A DNA stretch of 63,939 nucleotides, filler included, from Lenisia limosa (GCA_001655205.1; 10 parts of 10 records of this genome joined end to end with filler, not necessarily neighbours in it), one strand, 5' to 3'. Shown: positions 27,501-39,688, counted from the first letter of the whole stretch. The notes: generated from the sequence alone by a model not told the origin. A program made the numbers and translations.

Positions 27501-28808
27501 TGTCGCTTGAATGCCTTCACCTCGGCCTTGTTTGAATAACGTGAGAATTAGACGGACTGAGGGGGTCTATTCCTAGGGTATCCAGTCATTCTTGCTAACT
27601 GTCGTTGAAACAAACTATGGTAATATACGGTTGATTTTAGCACCAAACAACCCTAATGGGTCTTACCTAGTCCCTTGCAAAGAATTTTAACGCCGGCGTT
27701 TGAATAACGTGAGAATTAGACTTTAGCCACCGCGTTTACCTTACCCATGACTACGACATCCTTTAGCCCCATTGAGATCATTACCTTAGTGATTGGTACT
27801 TCTCCAGTGTNNNNNNNNNNNNNNNNNNNNNNNNNNNNNNNNNNNNNNNNNNNNNNNNNNNNNNNNNNNNNNNNNNNNNAAAAACAAAGAAAGTACTATT
27901 TAAAGAATTTTAAGTGAGCCAAACATGGGTTTGAATGATAGAAGCAATATTTTCTCTCTTTCCTCGATGACTAAACGGCCGAGAAGAACTCGCGAGGTAG
28001 GTATTCCGATTTAACTTATACTCCGCCCACAATATACTCCAAAAACCATTCAAAATTCACTAAAATGTTATATCATATATTCTGATGTGTACCAGTTTTT
28101 ATTGAACTTTTTTTAGATTTCTTCAATATTGGCGTCAGTATCATTCCAGTTCAGTCAAAATTGCTTCATGAATTATGACCTGAAATGTTTCATTGCATCT
28201 CTTGTTCCAGTTCCATCCTCTCATTTTCTTTTACCAAGTATATCTTTTGTTTCCAGAGTTTGTTGTTTCTTTTTAATTTGCGTCAGACCTCTCTTACTGA
28301 GACTATTAGGCGATTAGTTCAACCAAGGAACATTTTGAGTTCTTTCTCCACAAGATCAGGAGTTTTTGTATCCTTTTGTGCAATTGTCAGTGGCATTATT
28401 AATGGAATGCAGTTAAACCAGTCTCTTCAGGTTTTGTTTTCCTTTTTATTTGAATTTAAAGGAAAGGAAAGCCATTCAATCAATTCCATGGGGACCTCTA
28501 TCAATTCAACTTGGCTGTTCTCCTTTTAGGAACAACTTTTCTGTCCTTTTAGCAAATCATACTTCTACCCACTTGGTATTTTTTAAAAGAAATTATTTTT
28601 TGGGGTTCTCTAATATTATCCAACAATTTGATAAATTGTGGAGTAGAGGCGCGTTTTTAGAACAGTATAAACAAAACTCTTTGTTTGGGGAAGATTTATT
28701 TGATTTTGAACAATCAAGGTAATTTTTTATTGTTGATTCTGAGATACTGTTCTTGGAGTTTTGGAAGAGTATAAAGAGCAAGAGTCTCCGAATTTTCTGA
28801 ATAAATAA
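24531..28808 (+). CDS. TUBG: Divergent gamma-tubulin, 11 exons
   Basis: MPREIVSVHVGQCGSQIG, DLEPRV, GAGNVWANG, HSVAGGTGSGLG, DVVVQPYNS, MNYDL, IPWGP, LLANHTS, FDKLWSRGAFLEQY. Introns: 24580-24604, 24709-24730, 25016-25039, 25119-25140, 25221-25249, 25337-28116, 28258-28280, 28431-28452, 28576-28602, 28719-28741. Stop ends at 28808. Confidence 0.92.
26030..26460 (+). mobile_element. DIRS-like RNase H relic inside gamma-tubulin intron 6
   Basis: WCTDFSSTRIGG, HINVLELIAV, LAGCDN and NKFADAASR. Homologous to 16690-16960. Confidence 0.8.
26990..27140 (+). mobile_element. RNase H relic, probably from a non-LTR retrotransposon, inside gamma-tubulin intron 6
   Basis: VKWIKAHQTLESPEAIGNEIADKLA* matches the RNase H C-terminal 'WvkaH...GNE.AD.LA' motif. 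In-frame stops present. Confidence 0.65.
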
Positions 28809-31800
28809 TTAATAGATGAGACTATGAGACTATAATAAAAATTTGTCATAGATATTGGCCTTAGATATGACTCTCGGTCAGAAGCAGTAACAAGAGGATC
28901 AAATTAAGGTTCATGGAAAACAATGTCGTATTTCAAAATACTTCAAAGTAAATACACTGAAAAAGCACTTTTTTTACTTTGTACAATTAAGCTGGGTGGT
29001 CTTAGATGCCAGCTCGGATTCTAAGACGTATTTTCGATGATTTTCGAGAGGGTTTCTCACCAGGAGCGTCACATCCCCGGCGTCACGCCTTCCTGCCGTT
29101 CTCACCCGCTCGTTTTGTCTTATTTTTCTTTTTAATAGCATACCTTAGTTTCCGATTTGGAAGAGGCTGGCTTATCTTCATAGTGAGGTTAAGGTTTTTT
29201 GGTGCCCTCGCCGAAACTAAAACATCATTAGTGTGAATTTGAACGCTAAAAAATTAAGCAAGATTGTAAAATGATTGACAAAAGGTTGTACAGGCATACA
29301 TAAACGTTTGTTTAAAAGTAGAAACATGAAGGCATTAGATTGCGTGCGGGGAGTCCTTGTCATTCACAAGGTCGCCTTCTCCACTCTTCGCGTGCAGGAA
29401 CTACGCAATGCCCTTATACCGATGCTGTCCACAAGGGATAGATTGAAGGGATGGTATTCTTGAACCACAAAAAAAAAAGCCTGGCCGGGTTAGAAAATAG
29501 AAAGAAAACAGTAAATGTAAGATTTAGAGAAGGGCTTGAAGGACGGGTGCGGAAGTCTTGGAAACCCAATGGTGGACCAATTCTCGGACGGAGAGGATAA
29601 CTGGAGGCTTGGGCCGACAAGGAACGCAGCAGGCATGGCGCAAATTCTTGAGGGCCATGTCGACTTGTTGTTGCACTTGTAGCGCTGAAATGCTTGTTGT
29701 CATACCCAGAACGTAAAAGTTAACAGCGGTTTTTGTGGTCGGTCATTAATCCCCGGTAAACTTCTGCTTGTCGGCAATTTCGGCTCCGTTGGCCGAGTGG
29801 TGGCGAATCTAAGAAGGTCAAGTGAATGTGTGTAGTTTATTACTAGGTCCAGAATCAGGAGCATAATATCATTAATGAAGAAGTGTTTCTGAAAACGAAA
29901 AGAAAACCAGCTAAAATCAACATGGGTACAGGACTTCTTCTTGGCCATCCAGACAACAACGTGGTTCTTGGGGTCTTCAGTATCGACAAAGACGTGAAGC
30001 TGTTGCCGAGTTGTGAAGGAATGGAGCTGTGGCAGTTAAATAAAAGGAAAAACGACAAGAACCAGTTTGTTGCAGATAAGTCCAACTAACCTCGGTGGAA
30101 CTTCTGTCAAGCCGATAGACAGCAAGCAAAAATGTTGGCACGGACAAGTTTTTGGGAGAGACCTGTCGACAAGAGTTTCAATCAACAAGTGAGACGGGCG
30201 GCCTTCGATGGACTCAAAAGTTCTTAATTGGCGCGCGCTAACTGCTTTAAGTCGTTGATTTGGCACCTTTCATTGTCGAGCTCCCACAGGAAATCATTGG
30301 TATGTGATTCGATATACTTCGCTTATTCTCCTAAACTGCCACTTGCTCCAAGATGTGTAATCATATAATTCAATCTTTTCAAAATGATATTGAACAATTT
30401 ATTCGAAGAGTGCAGTTTGAATATTGATGTTGAGCTGTTATTTCTCAATTTGCAAAGATGCGGGGTGAATATAGTATATCAGTTTTTGTCATCTTTTCCA
30501 GGAGTCTAAGGAAGATAATGAATATACACCATTAGTCTTCTTCTCAAAAAAACTGAGTAAAGGGGAATGAACTGAATCGATTTTTTTAAGAGACTATTCT
30601 AGAATTTTCTAGAATTTTAATTTTGTTTTTGAAAATCCCCCAAAAACGGTCTAAAAGTCTTCAAAAAAGCTCAATAATTGGAGGTTTTCCTGAAATAAGC
30701 TATGAAATGCACAAATGAAGCGCTCGCGTTTTCGGTAGTCCTCGTGTTTTTCACCCCATAAACTTGTTTATATTTCTACCTCTAGGTCGTACCTTTGCTG
30801 GAGAGTTAAGGACAACGTTTTCTCTGCTATAAAGTTAGAATTTGAAGCACACCCAGACTTAAGATACATTCACTGGAAAGATGCTCGGAAGCCAACCCTT
30901 TTAGCCGTTGTGGTGTTACTGGTTGGGCGGCGAGAACGTCGTGAGCGGGCATGTCAGCTGTTACACTTGGTGTAGAGGCGCTACAGAGTAAGGAAAGAGG
31001 GATTACCTTTTTTTTTACAGTGGGCTGGGGGGATACAAGAAGATGTGTACATTTAATGTCTAACCCACAAAAGGTGATGATTGGACATCAAGATCTGAGC
31101 CTTGCGGCAGTGACCAGAAGACTGTGAGGAAAGAAAGCCTTCACAGCATCCAACAGTTTTCCAAGAGTGCACCAAAATTCGGTCCAGACCAGGGTAAATG
31201 ACCTGACACAGGCATAACGGTAGCAATGGTTAATGACAGACGAAGGAAACAAGCAATCAACGAACCATATCCATGAAATCATAAATTAGGATGAATTAGG
31301 ATACTAAAATACTATAAAAAAGAAAGAGAAGAGCAGAAGATAGAAGAAGATATGTCTGTGGCAAAGTCTTACTTGTAAAGCCGCTGAGCTGCTCTAAGCC
31401 TTGGTTTGACATGTTGAGCAAACCCTCAACACAGATTCAAGCTGTGATCCCTTCAGTGACATCAAAGGACAGTACCTTTTTCCAAGAGAGTCTTGCCTTG
31501 GATGGATGACGAAATGCGGTGGGAAAGGTCGGGAAAGCGGTCAGTGGCCAGTGCAATAGGGAAAGAATTCCGTAAAAGTGGCTCTTGTACCTTTTTTTTT
31601 GTGAGGATAAAAAGAAGCAAGATAGGTGTACAAGTTGGAAACTACACAACAGATATATTTCATCAGGAACAAACCCCCACAAAAACCATTATCTTTTTTA
31701 AGCTACCAATCATACTGATATACTGACGAAGCGACAAAGATACAGGAAATAAAAGGACTGAAGGGGAGAACATAACGGAATGATCACAGAAGAGGTTTGA

Positions 31801-32116
31801 TCACAGTGTTGTGCTCTGTTTTGATGAACTAAGAAACTAAAAAAACTAAATAAAAAAGGCACCAATTAAAGAAAAAACTGGAGAAAAAGAAGGAGGAGGT
31901 GAAGGAGCTGGAAGGAGTAAACTTGCAGCAAACTTGCAATTCCTGTAATGCAAGTTTATATCCATTTTGCATTTTTTGGACTAGTAGGTAGTCAGGGTTG
32001 GGAGAGGGTGAGGACTGTGAGGACAGCAGGAACTCCGGTGGAGGAATTTACTACTANNNNNNNNNNNNNNNNNNNNNNNNNNNNNNNNNNNNNNNNNNNN
32101 NNNNNNNNNNNNNNNN

Positions 32117-32783
32117 TAAAGTTCGATACCAAAGTTGTGTTCTTATTTCTGCTCCTAATGTTTTTAAATGTACTTTACGTCATTCAAAAGAAATAGTTGT
32201 TTTGAAAATCTCACAGCGTTCAAAGTTATTTTCACTATTTATTTGGCAGTCAAACTTTCTACCTATAATTAGCGAAATTAGTTGGCTGCCAGTGGAACAG
32301 TATCACTATTGGACTGAAAAACCATATTTGTTCCTTGAAATGGAGTTAGGGTTATCATTCCCTGAATCAGTCTTTTTGGATGGGTTTTTCCCGTCATTTT
32401 TTCAGAGCCTACTCTTGTCAGGTCTACAAATAGAGACGTTTGGTATTCAACATCATGATATTAAACCGACAAATATCCTTATTTCTTCAAACAATGAAAT
32501 TATCTTAGGAGACTATGATTTTGCCTCAATGAGTGTTGAAATTGGAGACAGCAGGTATGCTCCTTTTGAAAAAACAAAAGCAATGGAATATGACAAGTTC
32601 TCCACAGCGTTAGGTTCTGTAGTATTGCATTTTGGAAGAGCTTCTCCAAGTTTTAAGAAATTTTATTGGTTTTTATTTTCAATAATTAGTAATAATTCAT
32701 ATCGGTTCCACACATTGGAACTACTTTTTAGTATTATTTCTTTATGTCTTGACAATGAACAATCTGTGTTGGATATGATATAA
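32117..32783 (+). CDS. Divergent protein kinase (5' end in gap), no introns seen
   Basis: IVVLKI, YLFLEME, HHDIKPTNILIS and ILGDYDFAS (DFG changed to DYD). Confidence 0.75.
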
Positions 32784-33781
32784 CTCTGCGGTTGTCAATA
32801 ATTCGCCGTGTGGCTGGGTTTTTATGTGTTTTTCTTTACTTTTTCTAATTCACTACGAGAAAGTTTTTTGATGGTGCCACCCTTTTTGAAAAGGAGCTTG
32901 AAACTACTACTACAACAAGGAGTTTCTTTAATGTAGTTAAAGTTGGTTGTTGTCGTATGCAAGAGAAAAGCCGTAAAAGAACTAGTAGCGAGAGGTCTTA
33001 CACAAGACTTACATTCGCCTATGTCAGATGCCAAACTGCTTTCAAGGTTTTATCACCAACGTTGGTTGGGTCAAATAACTTCTGAGCCATGATTGATGTT
33101 ATATTGGGCACATTGAAAGTTCTTAAACCTAAATGAAATAAATGGTATTTGACAGGTGAGAGATATACTAAGGCTGCTTTTGATGTCAAAGAATTCTTCA
33201 GAATTAAAGATTTTGTCTTAAGATTTTGCTTTCGATGTAGTAAAAACCTGTTCGATGTTCACTAGCCGGAAAGCTTTCCATTATAACAATAAAAACCTTT
33301 TTCTTCTCCCACTCTCCTCCTCTTTTAAATATTCGTTAAATATAATGAAAAAGAAAGAATTACTTTACTGATGGCAACGAACTTGGTTGCACATGCGGTC
33401 GGAGGAGCGCGTTGAAAGCCTCGAAGGGCATACAGAAAAGCCTGAGGAACTGGGGCATATCCTTAACATTGACACTGGTGTCACCTCAAGGCTAAGATGC
33501 TTGCCGCCAAGGAGTTAGGCATTGAGTTCAACGCACCCGAGAGAGTGAGGCGGCGGGCGGGGGTATTTTGCACGTTTAATCTATAGTAGATATATCTATA
33601 TGATATAATACTCTACATAAAGAGAGAAAAAGTGGGGCGGCGGCGGAGGGAGGGGGTATATCATACATGTATAATATATTGCNNNNNNNNNNNNNNNNNN
33701 NNNNNNNNNNNNNNNNNNNNNNNNNNTTAATTAATTAANNNNNNNNNNNNNNNNNNNNNNNNNNNNNNNNNNNNNNNNNNN

Positions 33782-34022
33782 NGGGGGGGGGGGTAAAACT
33801 GGAAAATATATGTATATGTATGAAACAAAAAAGCTCAAAATCAACTCGGCTTGGGCTTCACTTCGGTTCAAAAAAGACCGGTACAATATCGATGGTTTTC
33901 GATGATTTATCGAGAAATTCAGTCTTTTTTCGACCGAAGTGAAGCCTCACAACACACAAGGGTGATTAATAACAACAAAACAAACAAAGCACAAGCCAGT
34001 CACTTCTGCAGCACCGCATCCC
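33782..34022 (-). repeat. R3 repeat with a nested family H MITE (33851-33949)
   Basis: R3 halves AAAATCAACTCGG and CAACACACAAGGG...GCCAGTCACTTCTGCAGCACCGCATCCC are split by a complete MITE. Confidence 0.75.
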
Positions 34023-34939
34023 ACATTCATGAAACAAGACAACACCTAGTGAAAAACTGAGACAATATTATTGGGGTGGAGGTAGAAGAACGATTGAACC
34101 ACCGAGATAACAGAATATCCCCCCAAACGGTGATAACGGGCAGAATGGTTTGGGTTGAGACGTAGAGCAAGAGAGGAGCAGACAAAGAAGGCAGCATTGA
34201 GAACACGGACTCAAGGAGACGGCTGATGGAGACGGAGTAGCGATCAAGCGGCTCAGTCTTCAACATTTCGGCAATAACATCCTAGGGGGGTTACTATCCT
34301 AAACCATACTGATGCAGAGCAAAAATTATAACAAAAAGTGGCTGGGCAAACAGAAAGCACAAAACAAAACAAAACAAACACACATACAGCAAACATTGAA
34401 ATCGAAACAACAACATAAAACACAAAAAAGGGGGGCACAAGTCAAAGGTTTTAAAAACATTAAGCTGACGGGAATAATAGCACTAGGGCTTTAAAAAAGC
34501 TCCCTAGTGAAGATAAGGCGGGTGAAAAAGCGGATTCAGCAACGATAACAAACAATGGCAATGGTGATATAAACGACTTAAGCTGAAAAACAGACAAGTT
34601 TAAGCTGAAAAACAGGCAAATATCAAACTTTTCACTTTTTACGGATCGGCTGCGGCCTTTACTTCCGATTTTCCAAGAGTCAAGGACGCCCTGGTATTTC
34701 CAGACTACAGAATTGCCAACAGATTTACAATGGGTTGACCATGATTGAATGAATAATCAGGGCAGACACTCACCCAATAGGCAGCTTTCTCCTTATCTTG
34801 GGCACTTGGCCCACGTGCACAATAAGTTAAAAGTTGGAGATGTTTTTTTGGTACACAGACAGCGAAGAGAGATCAATATTAATTGAGAACCATAGGGAAG
34901 CCCTCACTGTTACTCTCCAAGCTACGTCCCATTCACCAA

Positions 34940-35160
34940 GACCTTGTGGCCCAATATGATGCAAAAGTTCCTCAAGTTTGCTGAGAATATATTGATACCG
35001 GTGCCCCCATACACTCACAGCTTTAGCACAATGGACGAACTCCGGCATTACGAGCAAAACCTGAAGGCTTCCGTACCTGCACAGTTTTGGGTGTACTTTG
35101 AGCGAACCTGGATCAGGCAGTATCCGTACCACCATTGGACCCGCGTCTTTTATGCCTGGT
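34940..35160 (+). mobile_element. Possible MULE (Mutator-like) transposase relic
   Basis: FWVYFERTWIRQYPYHHW resembles the MULE 'F..YF..TW....P...W' motif. No TIRs identified. Confidence 0.42.
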
Positions 35161-35795
35161 TACATGGTATTTGGTGGCATTTATACACCGCAGCTATTTG
35201 GTCAAATAATGATTACGCATTGCGTAATAGTGTTACTTTCACTCAATTTATAAAACAAGATTATATTGGCCGTCTCAGCAATTTGCCCGCAAAAGGGCGC
35301 CCATCAGACTCAGCGATTTGCCTGCTAAAGGGATCAGTTGCCCTCCCTTCAACAACGAGCCCTTTGAGATCTTCCAAAAGGCTATATTGCTCCAACCCGA
35401 TGATATCACCAGGGGCCATCGTACTGTCACCAGTAAGATGTACTATTACGTTGGTGGCGCTTTATTCGCACTGGGGTTCGCCATCCCGGTGTGGAACTTT
35501 CTCCTCCACCAGGCTTCAATTGAGGTTTTCGGATTATCCACATACGCCAACCTCACGCCGTGTGTGAATGTGTGAAAGAGAATTTGCATATGAGCGTGCA
35601 ACACACGACCTGTTACGTGTTGTCTGTGGCCCCGTGAGGCATGTGGCTTTGAGAGTTTGTTGACCAAATGTGGAAACAAAACTGATATATAGGAGGATTT
35701 TGATGGAAGCCAACTGTTTGGGTTTGAAACTCTGTTGCCTCCAATGTTCAAGGCATTGCGACCCGACTCCACTTTCTCCTCCAAAAAGATACATA

Positions 35796-35869
35796 CAGTG
35801 ATTGGGATAGTTTTGACCAATTTTCCTTGAAATCACATAGCGAATCGGTCAAGACTTACCCCGGTCGCT
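35796..35869. mobile_element. Tc1-type MITE (family T) copy
   Basis: TA|CAGTGATTGGGATAGTTTTGACC...GGTCAAGACTTACCCCGGTCGCTG. Confidence 0.7.
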
Positions 35870-36049
35870 GTGTCTGCATATTAGGCCTTTCACACAACTT
35901 CAGAACTCCAGCTGTATCCACAAGCACTACCCAGCCAATGAGGACCGAGTGCGTGCGTGGGCACCTCTTCACAGTGGTCTCGAAGAGGGGTAGTTAGAGC
36001 AGTCGATAGGTGACAGGACCTTATTCTTTGAAAATGTAACAACTGTTCT

Positions 36050-37600
36050 CTTCAATATTGAAGAAGATTTTTCAGACTAGTACATCGAGTAGGATCATCT
36101 CGGCTATGTTCGTTTCAAGTGCTGAGTCCACCCTCCTACTTCTCCACTTCTTGCAGCATTGCATCGGTCCCAGTAGGAATGGGACTGTTACTCTTGTTAT
36201 TACCCCCATTATTTCCGTATTTAATCATTGCTCTCAGAGTCGGAAGTGACTTGGGAAAATTGAGTAAAATTGCGGAAAGTTGTTACTCAGAAAAAATGTA
36301 ACACTCACGAACAAAATAATAATTACACAAAAAAATCAAATAAGAAAATCAGAAAGAGAAAGACAGAGAAATGTAACAAAAAGTGGGGAGAACGGATGTA
36401 AATCATCTAGAAAGCTAAGAACACCAAGAAAACAGTAACCGATGCAAAGGGCAAGTTAGACAGGATAAATGGTATAATATGATTGTATTATTTTGACTTT
36501 ATTATACATATATATATTGATTGCCACTAACAAAAAACAAGACAAGACAAAACAACAAGTGTGGCAACTGGAAGAACTCGAGAATTTTTACAAGAAGAGG
36601 GGTGAATACTGTACAAAGAAATATACGTTGTTGTATCCGGCTGAAGTCGTACATACCATCACGCTGATAGGAGATATTAGATTATAGTATGATTATAAGA
36701 TGAGAGGGACATAGATTGTACCAAGAAGCCAACATATTCATCTTCATTCATTTCCTGGCGGTCTTCTTGTTCGTTAAGTGTGGCCCTTGGATCGAGTAAT
36801 GACTAAAATCGTCAATTGGAATGGAATTAGTTCGATACAAAAGTGAATGTGATGCATTCGAAATAAAAACGCTGGGTTGGGGCGAAATTTATAAATCAAA
36901 GGAAGAGAATATTATTCTGTGTAGCCCCCTCTCCCCACTTGGAAGAGGCAATTGAGAACTCGTGGCAGCTTGTCGGAGATGGAGCCTCCGACGTGGTTGA
37001 TGGTGGTATCAAGACATGCCATCGCTGCCAAAGCCACAGCCGTATTCTGGGAGTCAGAAGAAGGTAATATATACAATGATGACCGGGGAAAGTCTTTACC
37101 TATTCTCCCTGGGAAATTACACAACAATTCGGTCAAGACTTACTGAAATAAAACAAGGTTGTATCTGACCGAAAGCGAGGAATAATGCTACATGTAATAT
37201 CTATTATGATAGCAAGGCTTCACTTCGATCCGAAAAAAGACTCATGCTAGTTCAAAAGTTATCGAGGTTTTATCTTTTGGGACCAAACGAATTCTAAATA
37301 TGATAACAAATAATCATATTTAGGGGCCCCAAAAAAAAACCGAATGTCTTAATTAATCCACGGAGGAAAAAAATCGATATTTAAACGGTCTTTTTCGGAC
37401 CATAGGGAAGCCCTAGTCATATCATTTCCAATGTATCCTAGTTTGATACGTACAAATCCCGAGAACTATCGATATTGTCCCGGTATTTTTTGAACCGAAG
37501 TGAGGCCCTAGTACTACGACAGACTCTGCACTTGGCGCTCACCTTGCTCATGAGGTGAAGAAGAAGACAGTCCACAAGGTCGGGCAGCATCATTCTGAGA
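36050..37600 (-). CDS. Multi-exon alpha-helical (HEAT-like) protein fragment
   Basis: Exon peptides AVALAAMACLDTTINHVGGSISDKLPRVLNCLFQ and MMLPDLVDCLLLHLMSK with GT/AG boundaries. Confidence 0.3.
37074..37147. mobile_element. Tc1-type MITE (family T), degenerate
   Basis: GACCGGGGAAAGTCTTTACC...TCGGTCAAGACTTAC. Confidence 0.55.
37215..37509. repeat. Cluster of three partial family H MITE ends
   Basis: AGGCTTCACTTCGATCCGAAAAAAGACT, GGTCTTTTTCGGACCATAGGGAAGCCCTAG and TTTTTTGAACCGAAGTGAGGCCCTAG. Confidence 0.65.
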
Positions 37601-38021
37601 GGTCAGCAAAAGGATATACTAATAAAAAAATACCTTTAATAATTTAGTTAGAAGAGGTTGAATAATGTAGTATTTTCATGGCATTCGGGACCTTAAATCT
37701 GTGTCCTTNNNNNNNNNNNNNNNNNNNNNNNNNNNNNNNNNNNNNNNNNNNNTTAATTAATTAANNNNNNNNNNNNNNNNNNNNNNNNNNNNNNNNNNNN
37801 NNNNNNNNATATATGAAAAACTACCCTGCGGAACCCGAGGGGTCATTTTGAAAAACTGCACGCACAGTTCCACTTGATTTGCCGAAATAAACAACGACTG
37901 AACCACCTTAAAGGCTTCACCGATCCACTCGTTATCAGTATTTTTTTCACCAGCACGTTTATCAAAGCTCGACCTTGCCTGAAACAGGATTTTTTTTTTT
38001 GACCATACAGGCTCCCCGTCC

Positions 38022-39688
38022 AGCTTTAGTCTGAATCCTGGCGGACCAAGCTTCATGTTGACGCCGTCTTACGCACCGGTCCCCACCCCGCCGTCATCAC
38101 TTCCGGCGTCATCTCCGAGTGGGTCATTTGGGGATGGTTTGGTGGATGGTTTGGTGTACGTTATGATGCCCTGACGTTTTCTTTTTCTCTTGGTATTAAA
38201 ACAGACACGTCTTTTGCGCTTTAGAATTATTATTTTAGGAGTTACTGAGAAAACCTGACCATTTAGTGATGGAAGCCCCCCAAGTCGTGGCCTATATCGA
38301 ATTCAACACCCCCGAAGACGCGATTCTTGCTGCAGCGGAGCATACCGGAGCCGACTGCGAGGGCAATCTGATCGTTTGTCACGTTAGAGCGCCACTCCCG
38401 GCCGCAGTGGGTGGATGGATACATCCTTCTTTTTGGGAACTGAAGAACAATATGCGTTTCTTGTGGTCTATTCCCGTACATATTTTCACTTTTTTAAAAT
38501 GACAGGAACATATGTTCTACTAACTTTGTTAGGACAAGTCCTCCCCCCGCCCTCCCCATAATCGCTCCCCCCCTCTTGGAGCGTCGCCTCCGTCAGTGCT
38601 TATCACTCCCAACATGGGGCACCAAGCACCCCCTGAAAGGAGATCCCCGGTGAGTATAAATGCTACCTGCTGAAACGCAAAAAATCAGTGTCGCTGTTAT
38701 TTGTATTCCTCGCGGGAGTGTTTTATGTCTGATACTGCATACATCCTATTTCAACCAATGATTTCATTTTGGATGTTTCTATATTGTAAGCTTCCATTCT
38801 GCTTACCCCTCCCCCCTCAGCCCCATGGCCAGCAACAGTCTCTTCTTGGAGGACCACGCGGGGTGGCCCCTCATTATTGCGGCTCCTATGACTCACGTGT
38901 CACCCCGGATAAGCCACATAAGAACCACAATCGCAGAACCCCACAGGTTGGGTGATGTAAAATTCTTGATGCGCTCTTTCTTTGCTGTTCTAATGATATC
39001 AAAATCATGTAAAAAGGGACTGGGCTTTGTTAGAGGTATAATATCGATATTTTTCCGTTGACTCCTATTTTAACACATTAGAGCGGTGCCAAGGCCTACG
39101 CTGGATCGCCGAAGCATTCCCCGGGTGCCCATAGTCTTCCCGGTCGCGTTCGCGCCAAATCCGATGCCAAACCACCAAAGGCTGGCTCGTCACCGCAGGT
39201 AGGCTTGGGCATCAATATTTGCCTGGGGGGGGGGGGNNNNNNNNNNNNNNNNNNNNNNNNNNNNNNNNNNNNNNNNNNNNNNNNNNNNNNNNNNNNNNNN
39301 NNNNNNNNNTTCTTTACCAGTTCAAAATATGATATTGGTATCTTTGGCAGGTACCAGATCGGGATAAGGTTGTAAAGTTCTCCTATTAACTCTTTAGGCC
39401 CATTCACCCGGCCTGGTATCGGGCTTTGCTTCCCCCTCAGAGCCTTCAACCCGACCCAGAAGGCTCTCATTTGGCAGGTGAGTTGTCATTTCGTTTACTT
39501 CGTCACTAAAACTCTGAAATTTCTCTTAACCGGTTTTTTCCCTGGCCAAAAATGGCTCCTTCCCTTTGTTGCTGACTCCACCCAGGGGCAAGACGGCCGG
39601 GCCTAAAGTCGGCCGCCAACCCTTAGGTCCCGAGGGCGGCGGGTTTGGAAGGGGTCGAGGCAAGCCAATGTCTTCTCGAGAGCCTTGA
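38022..39688 (+). CDS. Multi-exon protein with an RRM-like domain and Pro/Gly-rich tail
   Basis: VAYIEFNTPEDAILAAAEHTGADCEGNLIVCHV fits RNP1 and the helix-2 pattern. Later exons are low-complexity. Confidence 0.45.

Noticed and set aside
24531-28808. Gamma-tubulin region as a contaminant or endosymbiont genome because of tiny introns
   Set aside because: Mini-introns also occur in other genes here (22 nt at 42998-43019, ~26 nt near 18940). A DIRS relic of the same family lies inside the gene.
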